This document shows positions 12,590 through 31,200 of a stretch of 64,000 nt of DNA, piece after piece (position 1 is the stretch's first letter; every line of letters begins with the position of its first letter). Position numbers and translations under genes: made by a program. Source of the DNA: Takakia lepidozioides (taxonomy: Eukaryota > Plantae > Bryophyta); contig CM060733.1 of assembly GCA_030704615.1 (NCBI GenBank), positions 13,082,001 through 13,146,000 of the forward strand, in the 5' to 3' direction. The notes under the pieces are model-generated. The model had not been told where the DNA came from. It did not search any database and saw only the letters and a program-made list of their open reading frames with translations.

Positions 12590-15433
12590 ATGAGTGTAAG
12601 GTTGAAGGAGGTGTCTACATGGATTCTTGCAAACTCAAGGTCAAGATATGTGATGTTTGGTGGATCCCGCTCCTTGAGTGTTATGCCCAATTCAGCCAAA
12701 GCAGATCATTTGGGAGGAATACCACGTCGTGTTGTCATTACCACAATAGCAAATTTTGCTAAGCTCTACACATCTATTTTGAATTCTACCCAGGTATTTA
12801 AATGAAATGAATAGAAAATATGATGATGATATTGTCAATAATATACAACATGCAACTTTGTCGATCATAGCATTTCACAATTTGACAGATGAATGCTGGA
12901 CACGATCTTTTTTGAACTTTAGAAGTGAACATCATTTAGAAAGGATTATTTCTTCGCCAGTTTTAAATTTGATTAAAGAGCATCTGCCCCCCTCCTTGCC
13001 AAAACAGAAACAGAACAGAAAAAATAAAAAAATAAAATCCGTAAAATTTATAAATTGGACTGAAAGATGTATGTAATATTTCAAATAGAATAAACATGAA
13101 ATTGATTTTGCTATGTGTGTGCCATCCTATATGTATTGATCTTTTAGTAGAAATGTGAAGTAAACATAAAGTTTTCACATCTTTGGCTCATTACATGCTG
13201 AAAATATTTCACGTTGTTTTCAGCCAAAGTATATTGCTCACCCCAGCAACGTGAGGATTTTGCAGGTTTATAATAAGGAAATATTAATATCTTTGGTGAA
13301 GTCACGTCCAATGGGCACCCCTCTTGTGACTGTTACTAATCACATGTCCACGTAAACCTACTCTTCATATCCTCATATTTTAAAAATAAATATAAATAAG
13401 TGACAATCTCTCTCAGTCTCTTCCTCGATAATTGAACCATTATGCATTGAAATGAAACTATAAGGGTTATTCCATAACTTCTGCGCACTAGTAATACATA
13501 GTTTTTTTATTTTGTTTATACTAAAAATCATGTTATCTCAATGATTAAATTTAAAAATAAGTCTTTCTACGATTTAGGGTTGATGAGCCATTCATGTGGG
13601 GGTTCCAAGGCTCCCCAGTCACAGATGTAAAATTATGCCGCTGGTCGTTGGCAGCTAATGATATTTGCTTCACCAACCCCCTCTTCTCATATTTCTTCCG
13701 TTTGGGTAGGTATGTTTACCTACCTGATATTAACTTTATCTTTCTTGATAGGTAAGTCAAGGAGAAATTAAGGCACGTGTTTCTTTTTTGCTAGTGACAT
13801 CCATGTAAGTAGTTGTTGAGTGTCATTTGTTCGCGTGTGGTGAAGAATTAGATTCTAGCATTGTCCATCTTTGCTTGGAAAACTTAGCTTGATAGTGGAC
13901 ACATTTAGCAATCGACCTTTCAATTTGAAGGTCTTTTTTCTATATACCCTATTCATACCTTTAGACAACTTCAAGTCTCATATATGCAAAGACAAAAAAT
14001 TCATCAAAAGCATGTAATACAATAGAATCTTCACTTCAAGACTTGCATTAGAATCTTAATTACTTTCATATATTAAATATCCAAATCTCTCTTTCATGCC
14101 AGTTTTATTTGCAAGTCAGATAGCATGTAATATGCTAGGCTCAAGGATGGATATTAACAAGTGATTTAAATTGTTACAATGCAAACCTAAATTTGACTCG
14201 ACTAAAGCTTATAAAGCATTGTTCAAAATTATAAGTTTTAAACAAGTAAGCTAATTATTGTTTGGATTAAATCATTGGTGAATTAATCAATAGGCAAATG
14301 CATACCCGTAACAAGGGGGGGTGGAATTTACCAACCGCACATGATTGAGGCACTCGATCGTCTTAACGAAGGCGAATGGGTTAGTGATCTCTATTTCTAG
14401 CCACAAAGTTGTAGAAGTTTTTTTTTAAATTTTTTTTACATTTTGCTACAAAATGCATTCTATATCACTACTAGTAGCCACACACTATGAAAATTTAGAG
14501 ATTTAGATTAACTAAAAAAATTGTTTGATACAAGGTTGTTAGTGTTTGGCATTCTTTAAAAACATATTAGGAGCTAACAGATAGTTTTGGGACCTTATGC
14601 AGCTACACACCTTTCCAGAGGGCAAAATTTCTCAAGACTTGAAAGGTCCTCTTCGGCGGTTAAAGTGGGGAGTTGCCAGTTTGATTGCCCGGGCCAAAGT
14701 TCCTCCGATTGTATTGCCAATTGCACACAATGGGTTTGAGAAGGTGAAACAAACTCTTTCTTTTCTGTTTCTAAATCCTTCTTTATATCTTCTGTCCATA
14801 CATTTGGAGTTCTGTTTTGTTTTGTCAATGGTTGCATGTATGTCAATGTTAATGCCCGGAAAAATGCTTTTGCCATCTCAAATATAAATAACCTATTATG
14901 CAACTTATATCCTAAGTCTCAATGCATGTCTCTCGCTATTTTTGCAGGTAATTCCTGAAAGTCATTGTAGCGGACGGCGGCCGCTTGTTCCCCTTTGGTT
15001 TAATAACATCAGCATTGTTGTTGGAGAACCCATGCAATTTGATATCCCAGGGTTGAAGAAAGTTGCGCGTGATTGGACTGCAACAACAAATCTCGGTGCC
15101 TCTAGTTGCCAACCTTTGCCTATTGTTGACATTAAACCATTTGTGTATCGCAACCATGATTCCAACCTTTCCTTAGTTGGAAGAAGAAATAGTAAACCAT
15201 TTCAAGCAGTCCCAGAAGTTCTTCCTAGGTGGAGAGCTGGGTCCCAGGGGTTGCCAGAACCGGTGCTTGATGAGGCTACTTGGAGATGGATGTACATGCA
15301 CATTACAGAGCAGATCTGGGTTTCATTGCAGGATTTGACCAGCAAGGCAGAAATTCTGATAATACCTGCACAACACCAGCCAAAGAGAACACACGCACAC
15401 ACCCACATCCTAATTCAGTCGGATTCGGCATGA
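12590..15433 (+). CDS. Tafazzin-family phospholipid acyltransferase (N-acylphosphatidylethanolamine synthase-like), 6 exons
   Basis: Exons at about 12590-12793, 13266-13351, 13579-13705, 14294-14379, 14603-14743 and 14948-15433. They splice to NHMSTVDEP (HxxxxD), RWSLAANDICFTN, CIPVTRGGGIYQ, WLHTFPEGKI and LKWGVASLI. Confidence 0.9.
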
Positions 15434-16128
15434 TTATTAGCACTTGTGGAATTATTATCATAGATATACACCAACTTCAACTTGAAGCTGGCTGGGGTCT
15501 TCACTACCATAGCATAACATAATTCAAAAGATCATTTTCGCATGATTTCCTCATGTAGTCCATCTGAGCATCAGCAACAGAGCATATGGTAGTTGAGTTG
15601 AGGTGCCATGGACCTCCACATGAACCATGGAGGTGCAACCTCGGATCTCTCATCGAGCAGAGATCACGAGTGATCTTACTGATATGAACAGAAGGCGCTC
15701 ACAATACCTGTGTGGTTTTGAAAACAAGAGCATGCATTGAAGTATGCCATAGTCCCCACGGAAATGCCGTTCCTTGCACCATGAGTTTGCGGAGTCAAGT
15801 TTTTAGTCTCACATAAAGAACTTGCTATCAATCAGGTTCATGTATTTGTGAACAACCCATAAGTAGACTCAAACTTTCAAGCAGTCAGGGAGAAGTAATT
15901 GTCTTTGTCTCGTGGGCGATAGTGTTTTTTCGGTCTCGTGTTTGTGGAGCAGTATTTGACCAATCTGTCCTCCCTCCCGCCCCACCTGGCCCTACTTGAC
16001 TGGATGATACAAGCTGCTATAGATGTAGAGGTAGATATAGAGGTACTTCCGTAAGCAATACCTCTAAAAATTGTCGTACAGAACCTAAGGAGGAGGGGGA
16101 AGAACGAGGAAGCCGAGGATAGGGAAGA

Positions 16129-19100
16129 ATGGCCGAGAATTTGGATACATGGATGACGGAATTTGAGGAAGCATTGAGGCGAACAAATGAGATAATGATA
16201 GGTATTGACGAGCACGACAACAGCAGCAAGTTGCACCCGGGTCTGTTTTCCTCGAGCAGATCCAAGCTGACAGAGCTAGGCAAGAGATTAGACCATCTCG
16301 AATGCCTGCTTCAGGATCCTGATGTGAACTCTGCTGTGTATGTACCCCTCTGCACACGTTTTTCAAATTGGGTGTTTTGATGTAGTCTGCCGGTATCTTC
16401 ATCTGATGATCTGTACAGGATTTGTCTTTAGGTCTGTATGGAGCAAACCTGTCTGCTGTTGCCTTCTCGCCTTTGCGTCCTAGGTGTTTCTTTCCGGCCC
16501 CTCACTTCGCTCTAGCGCTCGCTCTCGCTTCTCCCCCTTCATCTCTGTATTATTTATCTTGAGCCAAAGGTTTTAGTGTGTATTGCTTGAAGATGTTTCT
16601 CTGAACGATCTGCAAATTTCTAAGTGGCTTCTAGGTGAGTGCGCGCTCTTGCTCAAAACGTTTACTATACGAGTGGCCCCATTCTGCCGTCCTCCCGTTC
16701 CTCTTCGCTTCTCCCTTTTTCTGCTTCCTCCATGGTGAAGGGGTCTCCAAGGGCAGTCTAATGAGTGCCTGGAGACCCTGTTTATCTTTGTGATGTGCAC
16801 AAGGGTGCCATCAAGGTGAATTTGCTCGGTCTAGTTGATTGCTGATGCATTACCTACCACTTTCTGCACTCAACCTCAAAAATCGAATTCAGTGTGCAAT
16901 TTCAAGCAGACCTTTGGTTACTGTCCCGCCTCCACAGTCTCTGGAATGGTTCAAGAACGAATCCCAATTTCTATTCTGTCTCCCCTGGGGATATCTATGC
17001 TTTTCATATTGTTGAACTCAAACTTCAATGGGATGTTCCTTTTCGATGTTGCTCCTGGCTTTGCTTGACCAGAGCCAATATCACGAGTCTTTCTCAGTTG
17101 ATTTGAATCTTATTGGGGATTTCTCACACGGTTGGGCTGGGAACTTTCCATAGCTGTACCACAGCCCTATGAGCTGGAGGAGGCTCTGCAGTGTCTCACT
17201 AAATCTCACTCCCTTTTTCTTGATAAATATATTTCTGTAGCAGGATAAATGTACTGATTGACTTGCATAATTGGTAAGCTACATAGATATCACGTATAGC
17301 AGCAGGGAAGAAAACCAATGTGTGGAAATGTCAATGTATGGTGATGGGAACTAATGCAGGTTTGTTTGCAATCTGCAGAAGCCAGAAGGAGATGTACCGG
17401 CGGCAAGACATGCTGCTGGGGATGCGGTTTAAGACGCAGCAAATGGCAGGCACTCTGAGCTCTCCAAATTCTTCCAATAGGTACGCAAAATCGCTATATG
17501 AGTTGTGTTGATGTAGGTGCTTTTGGATGTCACCCGCTATAGCCAACCCCGCTGTAACAGCGTGGGGCACTTGGTCAATCGGTCATAAAATGCTGTGTCC
17601 CTTGGGGCTTTTGAGTCCTTGAGGAAAGGAATTTTCACGTTGATCATTGTGAGCTGTGACCCTCAAATACTAGGAAGATGAGCATCAAACAGTCCTACAG
17701 GTGAAGAGAGACCACAATTTACACTTGCTTTGGCACTCGTCTGTGCAGATTTTCAAAGTGGTCTCCGCAGATGTTCTACGAAGAAAATTCTTTCTAGTAA
17801 GAAGAGTTCAGGATATTGCTAATGCTTGATAGCCTATCCTGGCGAAATAACTGCAGATAGTTACAACTGCCTGGCTTGTTCACTAACCATGGTAATGGAA
17901 TGCATGTCTCACTGTTGCTAACCACTAAGCATGGTACATGACCCAAGTGTCTAGGAACATATTTTAATAATCCTGGCATTGTGCTGGCAGAAGCTGTACG
18001 TGATAGAGATGAGTGATTACCAGGCTTGTCAAAACAGTGGAAAATGCCCCCCTGGCCAGCCCAATGGAATACATGGGGCGTGGTAAGTGGGCCAGCTAAA
18101 AACTAGAGTTCACGTTGTTGGCCAAAAACTTGTAGATTTGTTTTCTAATGTTGCCGTAATCTGGACAGGACACACTTGCTATCATCAGAGGAGTCAGGGA
18201 CTGTTTCCTCAGTGAAGAGTGCATTAACGGCAGGCTTGGATGACAAGGGACTTGTTGGCCTCCAGAAACAAGTAATGATAGGCAAGCTTTCTGAACTGTC
18301 TGGAGGCACGTGGCAATTCTCAGTCATTTGGATCATTTTCAAGCACAATGATAGGAATGGAGAAATGAGACTGATGAATTTTCGAATACAGTTTTGGCCG
18401 TCCATTTATTATTTGGTGCGATCGATTGACAAGCATTACTTCCTTACAAATTCCAGATGTGAGAGACATGGAAGGATTGGATGAGCCTGTGGATGTTTTG
18501 CCGTGAATTGTGGGCTGGACACAGTAAGGATTTGTGGCACAGTTTGGAGTTTTAATGTAGGTACATTGATTTGGGAGCTGACTGGGATTTCACTTTGTTG
18601 ACTGTTGATGTTTAAGGGGGGGAAGAGACAGATAATAGAGACAACTGACGATACTTTCCCCCTCATAAGCCTCCTTTCCCCCACTGTAGTACTACTGCCT
18701 GTGACAGTGAAGTCACTTTCCAGTGCAAGCCCATATAATCTTACTTCCTATGTGTTGGCTATGCAGAAGAGCAAGATGAAGACTTGGAGGTGCTGCAATC
18801 ACAGATGTTTGATTCAAAGCACCTTGCACTCACTGTCGACGGAGAAATTGACCTCCATAGACGGCTGTTGGTGAGCTACTAAGACTCTGAGCAGTCACTT
18901 AAGAAGAGGATTATTTGAAAGTGTCTCTCTTCCGGGGCAAAAGAGATGCTGGGTCTGTAGTCTAGGATCTCTTAGACTGTACCATACTTAGTGGTAGGAT
19001 GTCAGGTCACTTTACCGCACTCCAGGTGGTCTTCGGCTCAAATTGCAGAACTAACCAGCCATCAAGCTCCATGTGCATCTTGGATCGTGGCCTTTGTTAT

Positions 19101-19963
19101 ATGCTTTACCCAGCTATGGGGATGTCTTTCCGAAAGTGGGTATCTAGGGTTCCCTGGTCTCCTTTGGAAGAATGTGAATCAAGAAACCCTGTGTCAAGGA
19201 AGTAGTGCAAAGCTTACAGGACGCAGTACAGAAATGGGCAATTAAAAGAGATGATGGCTGAGGTTGACACCCCTTTTTATCTTCTATGTAAGTTTTGCTG
19301 AATTTTGAGTCTGGTCTTTTGCTGCAGGATGGTATGGATCAAGATGCAGACACTACAAATTCAATGATGAAGGTTTTTCTCGCTACTCATTCCTTGAGCT
19401 TTTCGATTTGCTTTTGTTTATGCAAATCGTGTTCTTCACCTGCTAACCAGGTCAGTTTCTAAACAAAGTTGGTGGGCTATTTGCACCAATCTCACTGTAA
19501 AGGAATTGGTGGGGTTTCTCCTCTCTGGGCCCTGATAGATTGGGTGAGGTTCGTCTAGTATCCGATAAATGGAAGGTTGTATGCGCGATTGCCATGGCAC
19601 ACTCCTTGTCTGTGAAAATTTCACCACAAGCTCTGTGAAGCTGTGTAGACTATGCACCTGGAGTTCGCAAACTTCTTCTTCTTCTATCATGGAGGAGGCT
19701 ACTAAGAGTTTTTGCAATTGCTGCAAGTAGATGGTGACTGCGTATCTACCCTAATGATTAGAGTCCGTGGTATATGGAGAGGAATTGTTGATGAGTTCAG
19801 AGAGTGATATCCAACATGTTGGTCCCTGCAGGGTGCTCAAAAGAAAATGGTGGTAATAACTACAAAGTTCAACAGAGGGTGTTCGCTAGTATGGATCGTC
19901 TTACTACTTACTGCGATTGTCACTGTAATGTTGATCTTAATGGCCCTAATCAAAGCTATATAA
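16129..19963 (+). CDS. SYP51: Syntaxin-51/52-like Qc-SNARE, 6 exons
   Basis: N-terminal DTWMTEFEEA helical domain, EMYRRQDML, GLDDKGLVGLQKQVMIEEQDEDLE..L SNARE motif, HLALTVDGEIDLHRRLL, and a C-terminal TM segment (WIVLLLTAIVTVMLILMALI) with TAA at 19961-19963. Confidence 0.85.
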
Positions 19964-21313
19964 GATTTAAAGAGCCAGGGAGTTTGCAATGGCAATGTAC
20001 AGGCGTGAGACCTGTAGGAAACTGGTGTAACATGCTAATAGACATAGTTCTTGCAATGGCGAGAGACTGCTACAAATTCGTTAGTTGTTTTAAAAAAAGT
20101 TTAAGAGACCTTCAATTCAAACAAGTCAAAATTTTAGCAGTAAATTATAGTTGTTTGTACATTGTAACACACAGTTGTAGGTCTTTATTATAAAATCAAC
20201 TTGGACTGTACTTTTGAAAACCACAAATTTTGAACACTGATTTGAGGCTTCTGTTGACTATCTTATGCTCTGTGTCTGTCTTCTCTCAGAAATAGGAACC
20301 AAATCCACTCGCAAAGAAATTTATATCTTTCACCTCTATGTGTTCCGCTACCCACAATGCCATCCAGCAGTTCGAGAAGGGTGCTTGTTGTCATTCAAAT
20401 TGCTGATCCCCTCAAGGCTCACCTATTGCATGGATTGATTGTATGACTTCTTAAATCGGCCCTTGTAGGCTTGGCATCCTTAATGACAGTGGTTTGGAAG
20501 CTGTTCAAACTTTGCCAGCAACCCGCCTACGTCTTCTACGTCCATCTCAGGCCAGCAAGTGAACAGATATCATTTAAGTTATGAGGTATTGCTGTAATGC
20601 GGAAGGGGGCATTTTCGTGTGTCATCTCCAATGGCTGTTTTTGTTCACTTGCAATGGCCACTGCTCTGGACTAGGCCTAAAATCATGAGCGTCCAGACTC
20701 CAGGCGCTCTTGCAGACCTATTTGTCACATTCCACACAAAAGAGACGGTGTCTGCTTCCATAGCGCATGCACCACGATAGGCTGGAAACACAGTCTTAAA
20801 TGCTAACCTGCCACCTGTTGGTTAAAATAGACTAGATAGTACCTAGTAGAGTCTAGTTTTCTTTTGCTGTCACCGAAACGCAGCCTTTTGCCACCCCGTG
20901 TTTTCACGGTCAAGTCCATACCTCGTTGCGAGGCCTCCAGCCGCGAGGCCTCCAGTATTTGCATGGGACGTTTAGATTGGTTCTACTCGGAAGAAGCACC
21001 TCAAGATTCGTGTTACTCACATATAGGAATTTTTATCTCCATGGGGGCGTCTTGTTATTCATTCCGTTTTGATGGTTTCTAGGATATTGTGACTGAAGAA
21101 TGTTTCGGTGAACGCAGTGCAGTAGCGCTTCTTAGGTCTGCGTACTGTGGAGGCTGTAAGGCTCCCGTCCACATGGTGTTCAGTTCCTGGATGTTTGTGT
21201 TCTTGCCTGCTATGGCGAGCAATTGCCCACTTCGTTTTTTGTTCAGGTTGGAAACCCTAATCTTCGGCTGGTAGAGTGAGGCAGATGCATGAGTTCTGTC
21301 AAATCTGGGCAAG

Positions 21314-26886
<5,573 letters not shown>

Positions 26887-28232
26887 CTGTGGCAGTTCCC
26901 CTCTTTTCCTCGTTGCATTGTGCTATGCATTGTGTTCCCTCTGCAGACTTATGAGATGTACTTGTGTCCTTCATTCATTAGCTTCTTCAAGCTCTCTTTA
27001 CTCATGTTCGAAATTTTGTAACTTTACAATAATCTCTTTGAAGAGAGATTGTTAACAAGAAATACCCCTGTACTTGAGTTTCTGGTCTAATTGTCTATCA
27101 GATATTCTACACAGAAGCAGGGTTCTGCATGGTTGATGGTGATATCAGTTGGGCTCACCTAAACTATAAGTCTCGGCCGCAGCAGGCACTCTGCTGCAAA
27201 ATGCATAAAAGCTCAAATTCGAACTTTCTGATGCATTGTTCCATGGTTCCATATGGTAGTAAATCTTATGCTAAAAACCACGAAATATGTGCACCCAGAA
27301 CATTAGCCTGTGCCCTTCTAGTTCCGCCGCATGTGAGCTCAATCAACTGCTTGTGGTCTGTTCAATCAGAGCATTGATGCTTATAGCATGCCGTGGTGTG
27401 CAGTGTTACATTTTGTGTGACAAAACTTCTGCTCATCAAAATCAAGGTGTTTTGTTGCTTCATGAGGAAATCCTGGCTATGGTTTGAAGTTTGAATGTTG
27501 AGGGTGGGAAATCGGAAAAGAGGAGGGGTTTCGGTCCTGTAGACCTAGCACTAACCGGTACCGTTGCTGTTAGTTCAATATTATCGTCGGTTGTGACCGG
27601 CCGAAAGTCGTGATCCGTTCGTCTGAAATTTGAAATTCCCCCTCTCCCGTCTGTGTGCGATCTCCTCAAGGTCATTCTCAGCATCGCTCCTCTCTCCTTC
27701 GGGATTGCACTCTCATTTCACAGCCCTTTCTTTGCCCCTTGCGTAGTATTACTTCCGCTCGCTGTTACTGTAAAGATCTTCTTCCTCGTGAGGCCAAGAG
27801 AAGCGACATATTAGGTTTTCTGGCCTCCCATCAGCTGTGAAGCGGCCAAGGAAGAGTACTTCGTGAATGTGAGGTGTTCGTTTGAGGCTCTAAGTTGAGA
27901 GGCGCTCAAAAGATTGTCACTTCTTAGGGGTAATGGTTTTCTATCCACAGTCCTGTTCCCTTTAGACGTCAGAAATTTTGTTTCCCAGTATGCATATGTT
28001 AAAGAGAGGAGGAAATTTTGTTTCATAAAGTGATTCTGTGTGTGTCGTGTAGGTCTGGGAAGCTATTGTGAACTGCCTTGGAAGATAGTTCCGCGGTGAT
28101 GAGCTTTGTAAAAGCTTCCCTGGCATCTGCATACCTTCACACTGCAGCCGAAACCCTTAGTATCTGTAAAAGGCGACTCCACCATTACTTTGGTTAGAAA
28201 TAAATCATCCAATGTTTGATACGTGACGGTCA

Positions 28233-31200
28233 ATGGAGGCAAATTTCTTTCAGGAGCTAGAACAGTCGACAGGGGAAACTTTATTGCGTGTGGGGAAACG
28301 TCAGTCTCGTGCTGAGAAAGCAGCCCTTCTGATCAGCCTTGGCAAATGTAGCAAGAAATCGATTGCTAAGGTGTGTGAGGTCATCGTCCATCAAACTGCT
28401 GGAGCATTAGCTGCTTTTAAGGATTTGCATCATACACGGCCACAGGGTGGTAGGGCGGATATTTCTGGCTTATTAGTGACTCCCTTACCCTATGACCATG
28501 TGAAGAGTAGCAGCGCGGTCCTTGAAAGAGACACAGACTCTTCTTCTGTCTCACATGTGATCACACCACAGCAACAGTCGGCCTCATTGACGACTGCAGA
28601 AACAAGCCCTTTGAAGACTCCATCGCCGCCCAAGCGCGGAAAGAGGCGTAAATTGGCCTCAAAACAAACTAGTTCTCATTTGGTTTCAGCGGAAGGCTCC
28701 ATTCACACTTCTCAATTGGAAACAAACCCGGCAGGTCAGAGTTCCAAAGTCTCCACCAACCAGGAAGAAAGAACACCCCTGCTTTCGAAAGTTAAGAGCC
28801 TTCAGGACCATGACTATGTGATAGCGACCTTGGGAGGGTGTGTACTTGTTTGCCAAACGGCGATATCTCTCTCACAAAGAACGATTGCCTCAGGGATTCT
28901 CTTTCCAGCTGTGTTAGGACTGCATGATGCGCTTGTGAATTTGGAGGGTGAAATCCTCCTGCAAGACTCCATAGCCACATTGTGCGAGACATGGTGGCAT
29001 GATGGTCTACCAGGAAGAGAGTCTCTGATTGCGCAGTCCCTCCCGTTTCTTCTCTCGAAGTCCCTGGACTCAGGCCGCAAAGGAGATGTGCGGCGTATCT
29101 ATGGCATGAGAGAGGCACTTACTTTGCTGGATTTCCGGGTAAGGCGAGATAAGCCAGTTATGGAGTGGAATTTTAGCTGGGTTTGATGGTCTGAAAGGTA
29201 GTTTTGAATCATGGGCAGACCAAAGCTCGTCTAACGCTGAAGTCCAATATGAAAGTATGATAGACGTCATGCAGGCCTTTTGATGTGGCATCCATAATCT
29301 TGATTGGGTTTGGTTTGTGCTGCTGACCTCTTTGTTGAGAAGTGCCTGGGGAAAAAGTGGGATTTTAAAGATTTCTTGTAATATTTTGGAGTTCGCTCTC
29401 TGTAGCTCCAATCTGCCCGTTGAATTTTTTCTTTACTGTTCTTGATCATAGTTTTGGGCAGTTTGTTGGGAGTCCCATTCCTTTCCAATTCTTTCTTCTC
29501 TTATTGTAATTGCAAGGCTTTGTCTCTCCCTCCTTGGCAAGCATTAAGTCATTCATGTGTGTTTGGACTACTTAAAGGAGGGTTAACCACTGTATGGGAT
29601 GTCAGAAAACATTTACTTGGATGTTTGCTGTGTCTGGAGACACCAAACCATGCCAAAGAGCATCTGAGTGTCTGAAGAGCATGTAATTACCAAGGGGTCC
29701 TAGAACATTTGTACTGAAAGACCAAGGTAGTGCTATAATGCCACAAGTCAGTGCTGTGTTTGTTTGGCATTGAGTCAAATTGTACTCTCTAATCGATGTA
29801 TGACTACAGGATGAGAGCATCGATGACTTGAAGCGTCTGTTGATAAAGGCGGTGATAACACCCTTGTACCTGAGAGTGGGGGAGGGCAGACGTTTCATTG
29901 CCTTCTTGTTCGGGCTCGACGAGCAGTTGGTCAAGGAGCTGCTTGTCATTGTTCGTTCCCAGATCCCATTTGGCCGCAGGTATCATATTGAATGTTGGCT
30001 GCCAACCTCTGATGATAAATCTCTAGGTCTCTCTTAAATTGTCCAATCTGATTGTGTATTGGCATTCTTCAAACATGTACACCAATGGGGGCAGCTGACA
30101 AATTTGTTGGGCCATTTTGCTGCCTTGGTTGTTCTGGTAGATAAACTGTGTATCTGCCAAATTGGGCTCCCAACAGAGCCATGTTCACAGGTTTTGTCAA
30201 AGCAGACCAGAATTTTGAGTCTATTATGTGAACAATGAGGGTACAGATCAATTCTGGAGGCATATGGGGAGATTCTATATCGAGCATGGAAAGCAGCCAC
30301 AGGGGATTGTTTGTATGAGATTGAGCACTCTGGAATCCAGGGTTTGATAGAAGGAGCGCTCTATGCTTCCACCAAATCACTGGGAGCAGCAGTTCGGACT
30401 GTGCTTGAAGGGTTCACCAGTCAGCGCACGGAGCGTGGGGTTGAAGCCATGCTGTTCCGATTGCATGAGCCTCTCTTGTTTCGGGCATTACAGGTTATAC
30501 CTATGTTCTCTTCTCCATGAGTGCGTATGCCATAAGGGACACTCCCAACTGCATTACTTGCCATACATGTACCAGAAAGTTGTGCATGGATGGGAATTGC
30601 TTTGATTTCCTTTCTAGGTTCCCATTAAGTTCAAGGAACAACATCCTTTCAGGGATTTGTTTTTGCTCAATTGTTTGTGGAATGATCACGTCAAGTTGTT
30701 TTGCAGGTTGCCAACTCAAACGTGCGCCGAAATGCTCTGTTGCTTTTGGTTGATGTGTTCCCCCTACAAGACCCCGAAGCGTGTAAAGAAGATAAAGAGG
30801 CCTTACTACAGAAGCAGTTTATTCTCTTTGACAAACTTTTACTGGATTTGAGTCCTGAGGTGCGGAGTGTGGCTGTGGAGGGTGTGTGCCGCATCCTCCG
30901 TCTTTTCTGGGAGGTCTTTCCCTCTGCTACAACGGTGAGCTATTTGCTCAAACTTGGATGCAGTTAGCAAGTATCGCTTACTGAGATATTTACAGGCTTG
31001 TCTGAGGGGGTAGGGTTCCCAGGTCTCCTGGCTGGCAGTCTCCCCGTGACCCAGCCATACTAAGGCAGCCATGCTGTATCTGAGTGTTTTCTCCATTCTA
31101 ACCGCCTTTGAAGTGCCCTCTAGACTTAGATGGAGCAAACAGGGAAAACCAACCATTCTTTTGACAAAAAACTAATTCTGTTAGTGTGTGATGGAACTGG

